From the NCBI GenBank assembly GCA_020137815.1, contig CM035358.1, forward strand, positions 7,192,001 through 7,256,000: 64,000 nucleotides of DNA, in the 5' to 3' direction. The translations under genes and the position numbers were made by a program. This DNA comes from Hormiphora californensis (Eukaryota; Animalia; Ctenophora). The notes under the pieces were generated by a model that saw nothing but the letters and a program-made list of their open reading frames with translations, made no database searches and was not told where the DNA came from. This document shows, in pieces, positions 28,026-41,700 of this stretch; the first letter of the stretch is position 1; every line of letters begins with the position of its first letter.

Positions 28026-31000
28026 TCACACTATTCTGATCCAAGAAAGAAGGAGGGTGAGAATGATGACAGTGTGGAGGCTCGCTCTGCACCCTGATCC
28101 CGCCGGATCAATCTTTGTCTGTGCATCAACACTGTTATTGTCTGTAGTGGGTGGTATTGCGGTGAAGTAGCTGGGGAGAGAAGAGATGGAGGAGGAGAGG
28201 TCGGCCAGTTTAGCTTTTAACCGGGGCAGATGGACCTTAAACTGATCATCCTCAAGAGGGGGCGTCACTATCGGCTCTCTCCTGGAAACATGTGATTGTT
28301 AAAACATCATCATGTTAGTTAGACAGAAATCTGTTTTGATTCTCACGGCCGGTCTTGGCCTGATAAGGCAAAACTGCCAGCAATACAGCAAAAGTGCCAG
28401 CCATACGGCAAAAGTGCCAGCAATACGGCAAAACTGCCAGCAATACGGCAAAAGTGTTTTTAGCCATACCATGTCTTTCAAAGGAGACACTGGAAATATG
28501 TCTAGAAGGTACACACAAAATGTGTTGGTCGACCTATTTTCACGTACCGTGTGTAGGTCCCAGCCCAAGTTCCATTCCAGCAATGTTGGTGGAGAACCAT
28601 GCCTGTCCTTCTGTAACAAACTATACCAGGGTCAAACAAACTCTGAAAATAAGACATTGTTACCCAGACAACATGATTGTATCACTTTATTATAATATCA
28701 AGAAATGCCTCGTATTTGACAGCCATGTATATCCAGTATTATTCACCTGGGAGGGGTTCACAGCTATACAACCACGTGATGCCCATATATGGTATTATAC
28801 CTGGGAGGGGTTCACAGCTGATCTTGGTGCCTCTGTGGTCACGTGATGCCCATATATGGTATTGTGTCATGTACTAACCTGGGATGGGTTCACGGCTGAT
28901 CTTGGTGCTTCTGTCGGGCCCGCTGGAGTCTCAGAAACAATGGATCGAGTAGTGGGACTTATCCGAACTGGGTTGGATGCCGCTGACGCGTTCTCCTCTT
29001 TCTCAACCCTCTTGTGACGTCTCTGGAGAGGTACATTGTGGTTGAAGGACGACAGGGTTGAAGCACGACAGTGTGTGACTATAATACAGCATGGTTGAAG
29101 CAGTGTGTGTGACTATAATACGGCATGGTTGTGAGAAAAGTAATATTGGAGCTTCTATTGCTGTTGTTGATGAGTGACAATTGACTAACCTTTCTATTGT
29201 TGATGAGTGAAAATTGACTAACCTTTCCATTTCCCCTGTTGTCAACATTGTAATAGCGACCTCGGTCCGTAAAGTGATAACGACACTGAAACGAAGCACG
29301 TAAAATAACAGCTATAACACATGAAAGTACTTCTTGATTTGATTCATATAATAATGCTAGGATTTATGCTACACTAATTCACTAGGCAAACCTACCACTT
29401 GTTATGTTCTAACCCTCCTTGACAGAGTCTAGCTAGGCAAACCTACCACTTGTTATGTTCTAACCCTCCTTGACAGAGTCTAGCTAGGCAAACCTACCAC
29501 TTGTTATGTTCTATAACCTTCCTTTACAGAGTCTAGCTAGGCAAACCTACCACATCTCGGAAGTGATCGTCACTGTCCATTTTCCTGGAAATGTAATCCC
29601 GGAGTATCCTCTCAATGTCATCTACCCTTTCTGTTATAGTTGCTTCACGCGCCTTCAGCTGGTAAAATTTTATCTTATCGGGGGTTAAAAAAGAGAAGAA
29701 ATTCTTTTAACAAAACAAACGTCAAACAATCGGTCAACCATGAAATTATTTCATGAAATTGAAAAAGTATTTCGAGTTTACCTCTGAGTAGAGCAGTAAC
29801 CAAGATTCGGTGATGCTTATGATTTCTTTGAAAGGTCTCAGGCAAGTCCCAATTACGTCCTCACAGTAGTTAAAACATGTGGGAATCCTCGCAGTTTGGT
29901 CCATGCATGTCTTACAACTAACACCCGTCACTACAGTCGGGAAGAACACATCAAGAAATGAAACTGTTGAAAAACTTCTAAATTCATTCAACAATGAGGA
30001 CAAACTTTGTTCTCATTGTTGAATGAATTTAGAAGAGGGGCCTGCAGCGTATGTCACTGCAAGTTATAAACAGAGGGGCCTGCAGCGTTATAGAGTTTAG
30101 AGGGCCCTGCAACAACTTACACCCTGCTTGTATGAGCTGATCTCTACACTGGTCCGATACACTGCTGTCCTTGACGAGGTTAAAGATATCCTCTGCAAGA
30201 TCCCAGTTCGATTCCATCAGCCCAGACATAAACTTGATCTCCTGGGTAATTTGGGTTTAGCTTTTTAAGGAACCCGGGAGTCTCAAGGAATGTCCCCTTC
30301 CAAAAGTTCTTACCTGTAGGAATGTCCCCTTCCAAAAGTTCTTACCTGTAGAAGGTGCTGAACTGCGGGACGTATAATGTCGTGAAGCCCGCCCTTACAA
30401 AAAGTGGGCATATCCCTCATGGAGAAGAGAGAGTCAAGGAAACCTCCAGCTGCCTTCTTAATAACTGTTTCCGGCGTTGCTAGGGAGTTGTCAAGGATTC
30501 GGTAACTAAGAGCAGCCCTCCGCAAGCTATCTGACAATCCCACCAGATTTAAATCTCGGTACGCTGAAAGAATATGAAAATTGAAACTAAATTAAGGAAC
30601 CGAGAACACGAAACCAGTGTCCAGTACTATGATAAGTTTGTAAAATGAAAGAAAAAGATTTCTAGTGCTGAAAAATAAAATGATTCGGACTGGACTATTT
30701 CAGGGGTAATCTACACGAGATGAATTAACACCACTGTGAATCTATTGTTTGAATCTATTGTTTGAATCTATTTAATACCTGCAGCTTCACTCTCCACTTT
30801 TTGTCGAAGTTGGTCTAGGTGGCCAAACAGTAGTGTGTGAGGTTTGGCCTGTGCTACAAGGGATTCTTCAACTGATCTTCTGCAACAGTGCTCTGCATCT
30901 CGCTTACTATCCTTATAAGGGCACAGGTCTCCTGTAAAATAATGGTGCTAGATCAAATCATATTAGGTTGGAACATGAACATGGTACAGTCGGACCCCGA

Positions 31001-31618
31001 TTTAGTGGCATCCTCGGGGGAAAAAAATCCTGCCACTAAATCGGGGTGCCACTAAATCGGGTTCAAATAATGTTAATTTCCTCTATCGGGGGAAAAAAAA
31101 TCCTGCCACTAAATCGGGGTGCCTCTAAATCGGGGGCCACTAAATCGGGGTCCGACTGTACTGGATAAAATTTGGGACTCCCATTTAATTTGTTAGCCAG
31201 TAGCCACCATCCCTTTGCTTGAAGCTCCTAATGAATCATCCCTCTAAAGCATAAAGAATCCCCCACTCTAATCTAGTGAAGCCAGGATCAAGTAAGGAAG
31301 CCCAGCTGTACTTACGTTTCCAACTGTTGCTAAATGTCGTCTCGGGGTAAATGAAGCTGTTGATAATATCACAGGTCACTAAATCCTGGTCTGATGCTGC
31401 TAAAACATATATCAATTAGTTAATTAGTTAATTAGTTAATTAGTTCGTTAGTTAATTAGTTCGTTAGTTAATTAGTTAATTAGTTAATCAGTTAATCAGT
31501 TAATCAGTTAATTAGTTAATAATAGTAAAATCAACCAATCACCCAAAAACAACATTTATAAACAGAACTTACCTCTCACCATGGAGAGAGAGACAGATAT
31601 TATCCACAGTAGTTGCAT
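28026..31618 (-). CDS. GPC: Glypican (GPI-anchored proteoglycan core protein), ~478 aa, 11 exons
   Basis: Exons 31573-31618, 31316-31399, 30779-30931, 30346-30563, 30121-30241, 29782-29930, 29551-29658, 29223-29285, 28879-29022, 28548-28642 and 28026-28281 (1437 nt, phases consistent). Signal peptide MQLLWIISVSLSMVRA; 14 Cys including HCC, CKTC, TCFNYCEDVIGTCL and CWNG; furin-type KRRHKR; C-terminal GSG plus hydrophobic GPI signal. Confidence 0.9.
28366..28455. repeat. 20-bp intronic tandem repeat
   Basis: GGCAAAASTGCCAGCAATAC, about 4.5 copies. Confidence 0.85.
30987..31158. mobile_element. Tigger/pogo-like MITE in a glypican intron
   Basis: TA|CAGTCGGACCCCGATTTAGTGGC…GCCACTAAATCGGGGTCCGACTG|TA, with repeated CACTAAATCGGG subterminal motifs. 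Confidence 0.85.
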
Positions 31619-31777
31619 ATCACCACGATGTCAACCAGCTGCTTCCACAACACTACACAATACTACAGCCATTCTGCACAGTGGGGTTTTAAAATAATTG
31701 GTTATCCTTATTTCTAAAAACACGCCATGAAACTTCTAAAAAGTTTCACGGCGGATTAATGTGCAAGGCAGATGATA

Positions 31778-31975
31778 ATGCCAGAAAAAAAAATTGTCAG
31801 GAAACCCTGTTAGCTCTTATCAATGACAAATTATGTGCTTCTCTCAGAGAATAGGCAGTGTGTGCTAATGATCACGTCGCGCGCGATGTCTCATTATCTA
31901 TGAAGAAAGCACACAATCTGTGATGGCGCAAACCGGGTTTCCTGACCTTATAATTTCTGGCATTGTTTCCTGGGA
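31778..31975. mobile_element. Degenerate inverted-repeat element upstream of the glypican
   Basis: AATGCCAGAAA…TCAGGAAACCC vs GGGTTTCCTGA…TTTCTGGCATT; imperfect arms. Confidence 0.5.
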
Positions 31976-33889
31976 TTTCTATCGACTATCAGGGCCAGGG
32001 ATCTACAGACTGAAACTACTAAAGATGTGTTGAAAAACAATTGTTTGCCTTAACATGGCAGGCAGACCTAAATGGGTCAGGCACAGGTCATGCAGTGCAG
32101 TAGAGCTGTACTACTACTACTACTACTGCACTAGCTGCCTGCTGCAGTGAGGGAAGCCCTGCAATCTGCATTGAGCAACGAGTCAAGTCTCCACTATTAG
32201 CATTGCTACAACAAAAACAACTGCAGCAAAACGTCTAACGAATTAAACAGGAAAAAGGCAGCGTCATACTGCAAAGAGAATATTGTAGACGACAATATAT
32301 TATGTGTAAATACAATTATTATGCAAGACTAAACTTGATTCTACCATAAATTTGCATTAAGTTTTTCTTCGAAAAGACAATTTACTGTACAAAATGTCAA
32401 GTAATGAACTGCATTCAAGTAAAGTGTCACTATTCAATAGTGTTCCTGCAAGGAGAACATCTGTTCATTGCTCAATTCAGGAACACAGGAAATCGATTGT
32501 ACACAATTGATAATAAAGAGAGAATGTAAATTAGAAACAATGCGCCTGAAAACACAATAATTTCTAACTACCATGTGTAGCACTTTGTGAAATGTAGGAA
32601 TATTAGAAAATGAAAATACAATTTTATTGTTTGGCAAGATGTAATACAAAAAGTGTTTAATTCTTTTGTTACAATGTATAGCCCCAGACAATGAAATCAG
32701 GTAAATTTCAGGTGACAGAATACTAAAAATAGGACACCGCCGCACACCTCGTATCCCCCCACCCCCGCAACTGCTATAACAGGCAATGGGAGTTATGACT
32801 ATAGGATTACCAGACCCCTCCAGTCTCTATATACGGTGGAGGGCCGTATATAGAGACTTAAATAAAGTTAATCACGCTGCAACTCTATCAAGTTAGAAAT
32901 TCTACCTCATTCAATTTCACCTGCAAATCATGGGATTCTTAGGATCCGGGGGAAGTTAATTAGATCCTCTATAGAATCAATTCGATTGATGAAATAGTGG
33001 GGGTCTATATTCTATAATTATAATTATAGAGTCTATTAGAGTATATAAATACTCAAACCATTTTACTTTGCAAAGACTCTGCTGTACAATATGTGATTCT
33101 GGGGAGCGGGTAATGTTAAATTCTTATTTTCGGTGGATCTAGCTCATTCGCCTACTCTATGGGAGTCGGGGGAGGGGGCATTACATTCCAGGTTCTTAGA
33201 TTACATAGTCATAGTGCATTCTACAGCTGTAGTACGTTCCTGTTGATCCTGCGAGACTGCAGTTCATTATACTAGCTGCTGAGTTAGAAAAAACAAGAAA
33301 GGGAAATAAAATTGCCCGCGAAAGTAAAGGGCAATCCCCGACTGCCAACAGTTTTTTTTCTACAAATTGTTTTAAACCCCCCAATAGGAAGATGGTGATC
33401 ATGCACATGTGCACCTGTAGCTTTATATTGAAGAAACCTACTGTCACATTCTATCTCTCTCTCTCTCTCTCTCTCTCTCCCCTCTCTCTCCTCTAGCTTT
33501 TCTCTCCCTCTCCCTCTCCTCTCCCTCTCCTCTCTCTCCTCTCCCTCCCCTTCTCCTCCCCTCTCCTCTCATCTCTCCTCTTCTCTCTCTCTCTCCCTCC
33601 TCTCCCTCACTCCCTCTTCTCTCTCCCTCCTCTCTCTACTCTCTCTTTCTTCCCCCATGTCCCTAGTTCCTGCCATACCCACCGCAGTACTGGCTATGGG
33701 GTGGGACTACCGGTTTCCCCCAATCTTCGTGAATAAAGGGATAAGGACTACTGGGAGAAGGGACGGGGGGTCAGAGAGGGGAAGCACACTATAGTTTTAG
33801 AACTACATTTATCCTAAAACTTTAGGGAATGGTTTTTAAAAACTCTTACAGTTTACACTTTACAACTGTTGTTGTAAAAAACAACCGCC

Positions 33890-35610
33890 CACCACTCCGG
33901 CCTCAATCACCCCATCCCGCCCGCCCTCCACCCCCCTCCGCCCCCCATCAACCCCCCCCCGCCCCCCCCGCCCCCCCCATCCAAAACCACCCCCCCGCCC
34001 TTCAACAATAAAAACCCCACCCCCCCGCCCCCTATCCCCCCCCCCTACCCAAACCACCCCCCCCGACCGCCAATTAAACAATCACATAGCCCCCCCCCCG
34101 CCCCCATCCAAAAACCCCCCCCGCCCCCCCCCCCAAAAAACCCCGGTCCAACCCGGGGGCCCCTCCCCCCAACAACCACCACCACCCGCCGCCCTCCAAC
34201 CCCCCCCCGCCCATCCCCCCGCCCCCAAAAAACCCACCCCGCCCCCCATTAACAATAAAACGCCCACCCCCCCGCCCCCCATCCCCCCCACCTACCCAAA
34301 CAAACCCCCCCCCGGCCCATTAAAAAATCCTACATCCCAAACCCCCCCCCATCCACAACCACCCCCACCCCCCCCACCAAACCCACCCCCCCCCCCCCCC
34401 CCCCCCCCCCGCCCATCCCGCCCCCCCACCCCCCCCCCCCGCCCGCCCATTCACAATCAAATCCCCACCCGCCCGCCCCACCCCCCCCCTTCAACAACCA
34501 CCCCGCCGCCCTTTCAACAATAAACGTATGCCCCCCCGCCCCCATCCAACAACCACCCCCACCCGCCCGCCCATCCAAACCCCCACCCCGCCCATCCCGC
34601 CCCCCCCCCCCACCCAAAAAACCCCCCGCCCCCCATTCAACAATCAAAACTCCCCCCCCCCCCCCCATCCCCCCCCATCCAAAAACCCAAAACCCGAACC
34701 GCCCATTCAAAAATCACGTCTCCCCACCCCCCCGCCCATCCAACAACCACCCCCACCCCCCCTCCAAAACCACCCCACCCCCCCCTCCAAACCCCCACCC
34801 CCCCGCCCCACCCCCCCCCCACCCAAAAAACCACCCCACCCCCCTTCAACTCAAACGGGCCCCCCCCCCGCCCGCCCCCTTCCCGCCCACCTATCCAAAA
34901 ACCACCCCGACCGCCCTTTCAACAATCACAGTAAGCCCACCCCGCCCGCCACCAAACAACCCCCCCACCCCCCCCGCCCACCCAAAAACCCCCCCCCCGC
35001 CCACCCGCCCGCCCATCCAAAAACCCCCCCCCCCCCCCCATTCAACATAAAACTGCCCCTGCCCCCGTGCCCCCCATTCAAAAACCAAAAAAACGCCCCC
35101 CTCCAAAACCCCCCCCCACCCCCCACCCACCAAACCCCCACCCCCCCCCCCCGCCCCCCCACCCAAACACCCCCCCCCCCCGCCCTTTAAAAACAATCAA
35201 ACCCCCACTGCCCATGCCCCCCCTTCAAACAACCACCTCCCCCCCCCCATCCAAAACCACCCCCCCCGCCCTTTCAACAATCAAACTGCCCCCCCCCCCC
35301 CCTATGGGCCTACCCCCCCCGCCCCACATTCCAAAAAAAAAACCACCCCGCCCGCCCATTCAACAATCAAACTGCCCACCCCGCCCGCCCCATCCCGCCC
35401 ACCTATTCAACAACCACCCCGCCCGCCCATTCAACAATCACAGTACTGCCCACCCCGCCCGTCCCCATCCCACCCACCTATCCAACAACCACCCCGCCCG
35501 CCCATTCAACAATCACAGTACTGCCCACCCCGCCCGCCCCCATCCCGCCCACCTATTCAACAACCACCCCGCCCGCCCATTCAACAATCACAGTACTGCC
35601 CACCCCAAAT
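33890..35610. repeat. ~75-bp C-rich minisatellite, error-ridden toward its left end
   Basis: Clean units CCCGCCCGCCCATTCAACAATCACAGTACTGCCCACC… at 35350-35610 decay into homopolymer-rich copies leftwards. Confidence 0.75.
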
Positions 35611-36256
35611 CCCCGCCCAAGTATCCAATCCTCCCATGATCATTTAACCGCTAATAGAACTTAGGGGGATGTAGTCTTCCTATAATACTTACCGCAGCTA
35701 CTCTGCAGTGTACTTCTTGCAGCTCTGTACAAATGGGCCTGAGAAAATCTCAACAAATATCAACTTAGCTAGTAGCTAAGATCAACTAAGCTTAGCAGTT
35801 TTTCTCAAAGAAGATGTAGAAGGTATGATATCAATTGACCAACGTAGCAGCAGCTGTCTGCTGCGTTCATTATCATGTGATTGTTTACTAATACAACCAA
35901 GTGAGATAGATATAGATAGCGAGAGAGAGATAGAAACATATAAGTAAAGAGAGAAAAGGAGGAGCCGGCGGTTTCAACCTTCATCAAAGGTAAACTTCCT
36001 GAGTTCACTGCGGTTTTCGAGATAGACAAGATACAGACAAAGATGAAAAATATGCAGAGCTACTTTACAATTATATCTATCTCTATCTCTATCTATCTCT
36101 ATCTATCTCTATCTCTCTGTTTCTGTCTGCAGAACGACGCATTTCACACCTCCATCTGGAGCTAGTGGGACTGCAGAACAACAGTGACAATATACAAGAG
36201 TCTTGTCAAGACGGTAAGTGATAACTAACTGAGGAGGAGTTGGAGTGAAAAAAGAT

Positions 36257-36298
<42 letters not shown>

Positions 36299-36363
36299 CT
36301 CTCTCTCTCTCTGCTCTCTCTCATCCCTCTCGCGCCAGCATCTCGCCCTCTCTCTCTCTCTCT

Positions 36364-36423
<60 letters not shown>

Positions 36424-36680
36424 TCTAGATCAGAACCCACTGTCGACATCTACCGCAGTTCAGTATCAGAGGTCCAATTAACCACCCGTCTTCTTTTACG
36501 ATACACATTGCATACTATAAAGGCTAGCAATTCATGCTCGTAGTTTTTTCAACTTTCTATTACTTTCTCTATCTTTCTCAATTTCCTCCTCTGTCTAGTC
36601 TGTATAATTGAAAGGATTAACTAAGTGAGAACATCTAGGACTATAAAAATCGGTTAACAAGGACTCCTTGTCAAGGAGGA

Positions 36681-36729
<49 letters not shown>

Positions 36730-36999
36730 ATCTCTCTCTCTCTCTCTATCTCTCTTTCTCTCTCATCTTCTCGGAAGATAGAAAGAGAGCTATCTTTCCA
36801 TCTCCTCCTCCCATTTCCAGTAGGGCACATATTACAACACGGATTAGTATAGCTGTAAAGCGTGCAGCTACAACTGCTGCTTGCTGCTGCTTTACCTTGT
36901 AAAGAAACCCTACAGTTCTCTCTCTCTCTCTCTCTCTTTCCCTCTCTCTCTCTCTCTCCTCTCTCCTCTCTCTCTTCTCTCTTTCTCTCTCTCTCTCTC

Positions 37000-37042
<43 letters not shown>

Positions 37043-38671
37043 AATCCTCTTCGCTCCAGCCTCTCTCTTCCCATCATCGCCACGTATCATCCGCACGATC
37101 ACTGCGCTGCGTCGCCTCTTCGGCGCCAAGATGCAACGGGCACTCCACTCTCATCAAGCACTTCTCATTGAGACGGGAGTCAATCCAGAAAACTGAACGT
37201 GTCAGAATTACATTCCAGCCAGCATCCCCGAAATTGGCTACAAGCAAGAGATCAAAACTCCTACTGAGTACGGGGAGCAAAAAGAATCGAAGGTCCGCGC
37301 AAGCCCTGAGCAGAGTCCGCTGTATAGTCATCATCTATCTCCTTCTATCGTCAAAGCATTCCTACTAATTGGAAGACAGACTGGGTCGCAAACAACAATT
37401 TTTCACGACGACAGGCCTCGTGAGAAAGCTGCAAGAGAGGAGACAAACAATATTTGTTAGTTCGACTTCATCAAGTTCAACTTCGCAGCTATTGCCTAGC
37501 TAGACTGTGTTTCGTGCGCCCCGTAAAGGAGGGTTAACAACGCAGCTATAATAGGTTTTTAGTTCAAAATGATTGGACGAAACAACGAAACTTGAAATTA
37601 CTTTGTTTCGGCTAGGTAATTGTGACTATCAATATGGTTGTTTGTTGTAGGTTGTGACTATGAAAATGGGTAACTTGAGTTCATCTAAAGCGATTTGTAA
37701 ATATCTGGGCTCCTATAATTGGGCTCCTAGTAGTGGAATTATTAAAGCTGTATGACCTAATGGAGAATAAGAAGGTGAAGAAAGCTAAAACAATTAAATC
37801 CAGACACTAGATTCACAGTTGTGTCTAGTTTAATGTCACTGCTGCAGTGGGGGAGTGTCTAGTATAAATGCTAAATTCCAGCTGAGCCGGGATGGGGGTA
37901 TCCCGCCTGGATTCCTGCTGTCTCAAACAAATTGGAGCAAATTATTATTACCCCGGGATGGGGGCGGGGGTACATAGTTTGAAGATGTGGTAGACGACCC
38001 GGGGGGGGGGGGGGGATGAATTTGTCACATTAATTTGTCACGGCCAACCTGGACAACAACCCACAAGAGTAATAGCTTATAGCAGCTTTACACAAACAAC
38101 AAAGTATATGTGACAGCATTCCGAGAGGGGGGGCAGGGCAAATAGTAGCAGCTGAAGGGGGGCTCAATGTGTGTAATGCAACGAATAAAAAGCATAGAGA
38201 ATTTAGGATTTTAAATTTAACGTGGGAAAAAAGAGTTTGAAAGTGCAATGTGGATAGTATTAAGTAGGCTCATTAAACTATCTGATTTCTATTTTCTACA
38301 CCCTAGCTCACTTTCACATTTCATCAGCACTAAAATTCGATCTTTTCTCTCTTTCAATCTCTCTCTCTCTCTCCTATCTCTCCCTCTCCGATCTCCCTCT
38401 CTATCTCTCTCCCCTCTCCGATCTCCCTGTCAGTTTCACTCTTTATCTATCTCTATTTATCCTATCAATTTTGTAGTCTTTACCCATCACTCTTAATCGA
38501 TTCATCACTCATTCACAGCATTTTCTCTACTATAACTCTCTCCTTTTTCTCTACTACTCTCTCCTTTCTTACGCTATAATCACCTTGTTCAAGGCGACCA
38601 GAGGTCAGTCATTAGCCTTACCGTTCACTTCTCTCTCTCTCTCTCTATCTTTCTCTCTCTCTCTTTCTCTT

Positions 38672-38719
<48 letters not shown>

Positions 38720-41700
38720 CTCCTCTCTCCTCTCTCTCTTTCTCTCTCTCTCGTCCTCCAATCATCTATCTCTCTCCTCCTACGTCTCTCACTACGTGTC
38801 GTCTCCTCAATCTCGTCGTTCCTCTCACCGGGTTCTCCTCTTCTCCTCGCTTCGCGCTCCGTGGGCGGCTCTCGCTCCCCCCTATCTCTCGGCTCTGTCT
38901 CAGTCGTCAGTGGAATGATTTATCTCGTTCGGGTCCTCTTGTCGATCGATAATATACGGACTCAACGCAGGAAAAATGAATCGAAAAGAATGTCTGAACA
39001 AACGAGGAGGAAGTTCAGTAAATTCTAACAGACGTGTCGAAAGCAAAGAACTGGAGAACGCAACATAGACTATCATAAACCCCCCAAAAAAAAAAACCCA
39101 AAAAAGGGGGGGGGGGAAAAGGTTTTAAACCCCCCGGGGGGGGGAAATAAATTTGTAAAAATTGTAGGCCCAACCTACAACAAAAAATTTTAAAGTTTTA
39201 TCATTTTCAAAACAACAAATATTTCCTTCCCAACCACCTTTGCCCGGGGGGGGGCCCCTTTTTTCCGGGAATCCCCCATTTTTTAATTTTTTTTTAAAAT
39301 TAACTAAAAAAGTTTTAAAATTTTTTTGTAATAGAAAATTTTCCTTAAACTTCTTTTTTTTTCTACCCCTCTTTTTAAAATTATACCTAAAACGACCTCT
39401 CCAATTTCCCTTCCTTCCCCCTCTCCCCCCCTCTCTTTTTTTCCCCTCCCCTCCCCCTTTTTTCCCTTTTTTCTTCTCTTTTTCTTCTTTTTTTTCTTCC
39501 CTCCTCAATCATTACCCTCTCCCATCTCTACAAAATTCCCCTTTTTCTCTCCCCCCTTTTCTTTTCCCTGTTGGCGCCGGGTGTTTCTTTTTTTAAACGT
39601 TTGGTAGGGGGCCCCGCCAAAAAGGGAAGGAAAAAAAAAGGACAGAGGAGGAAAGAAAGATTCGAAAAAACTAAAACTAGACCTTCCCTTTCTCCCTCCC
39701 TTTTTTCCCAAAAAAAGATCCTTTCTCGACTTTTAAGTTTAAATCTTTTTCCCCTCAAAACTGGGTTTTAGTTTCACTTTTCGAATTATCAAAACTTTTC
39801 TGAAAATTTAAACAAAGCCAGTTTTTTAGGGCTACAAAAAAATTCCCAGGGAAGGGGTTTCCCCGACCCCCGATTGTTGTTAAAACATGATCAGCCATTA
39901 ATACAGTGTTGAAACACGCACAGTCGCACACACTCACAGCGGGGGGAAGTCTTGCTACAATTATTGAATCTACTAACCCCCCACAAAAAATAGCCCCCCC
40001 CCAAAAAAAATAGCCCGGGGGGTTAAATAACAAACCGGGGGGGGGGGGTTTGCATGGGGGGGGGGGGGAGGGGGAAAAAAATAAAGGGGGGGAAGGAAAT
40101 TAAAAATCAAACCCCCCCCCGGGGGAAATTGGGGTTGTGGGGTGGGGGGGGGGGGGGGGGGGGTGGGGGGGGGGGGGGGGGAAAAGCTTGGGGGCGGGGG
40201 GGGGGGGGAGGGGGAAGCAAGTCTAAACCGGGGAAGGGGGGTGTAACGGGTTGTAAGCATATCAGATATACCGGGAGGGGGGGGAAGTCGAACAGCGGGT
40301 GGGGGGGGGGGGGGGACATGGTTGTCATAACCCAGAATAATATTACAGCCCCGGGGGCGGGGGGGGACGGGGTGTAAGCATATATATCTAGCCGGGGGGG
40401 GGGGGGTGTAAGCCTCATCTACTTGGACTAAATTAATAATTCCGAACAACACTGACAGTGACTATAGGCAATACTATTAGAAACTAAATTATTACTATTA
40501 ACATGTACTACAACTGTTTACTGTGAACATGGGACTTGTCACCCAAAATATGTTTATTTACAGCACTCGATTCTGATTTCAGAATGACTGAAAAATTGGC
40601 GGGAAATTGAGAAGATATATGCATCAGATTATAATAACCGATCCAAATTAATTAATAGATTTTCATTCAGCTCACACATCTTATCGAACCAGCACCCCCC
40701 CCCCCCTCCCACGTTATAACACCAACACCCCTAGCTGTGCTAAGACTCGGTAGATAATGGGAAAAAGAATACCCAGGAACCACACAGAGAGAGAAAAGAA
40801 GCGACCCACTGTCCCACATATTTCCGATAAGTTTCGGCAAACGTTTCATTATCATCTTACCACCCCCCCCCCTAACACTATTATAGGCCGGCTGGAAGGT
40901 CATTGGAACTAACTGCGATAACGGATCAATGTAAATTGAATTCTTCTTGGGCCTCTCACTCACTTGTTCGACCCCCTCTCTCTCTCACTCGATCCCTGCA
41001 TTCGACCCTCTCTCTCCTCCCTTCCATGGGGCGTGCCCCATCATCAGATAATTTTACCGTCGACACTGCTGATAACAAATGTTAACATGGTCGACGCGGT
41101 CGTTTTCAGATTAAACGATTCACGAATAACAATATCTATAGTGTCATTAATGTCACTTGGCAAAAGTTATATCCGGCTTAACAGTAAAATATTCAACTTC
41201 CCGTGTCTACAGGATATCAAAAGTATGCCAATTTAATCAAGCTGCTATAATATCTTCTACAACTAACCAAGAAAGTAGAACCCCCTCCTCCTCCTCACAT
41301 ACCCAGACCCCCCCACCCCCTCTCCTCACATACCCCACCCACCACCCCCCCCCCCCTTTCAGAAGAACAAGCATTGAAGAAATCAAAGAAGAAGCTGCTG
41401 AATTGTTTTATAGCAATGTCAGTACGATCAGGACAAATTAACACTAGGATTCCTATATCATTCCTCAATATCTGTAAGCTCAACACCAATGTCTAAACTC
41501 TTCTCTTTATTACTACACCCGCCGCCGAGAAATCAGTGTTTTTTCTAGGGACCCTCGACTGCTGCAGGGTAATGCTCATCATCCCCTCGTATTATATCTA
41601 GAAATTTATAGATTTACACGTCAGGAAAATGTGCATACTTGGAACCTTTGAACAGTAAAAAAGCAAACAAAGCACCCCTAAAAGAGGAGAATAGCTTTTT

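Noticed and set aside
33829-35639. Extensin-like proline-rich ORFs
   Set aside because: Degraded copies of a 75-bp C-rich repeat.
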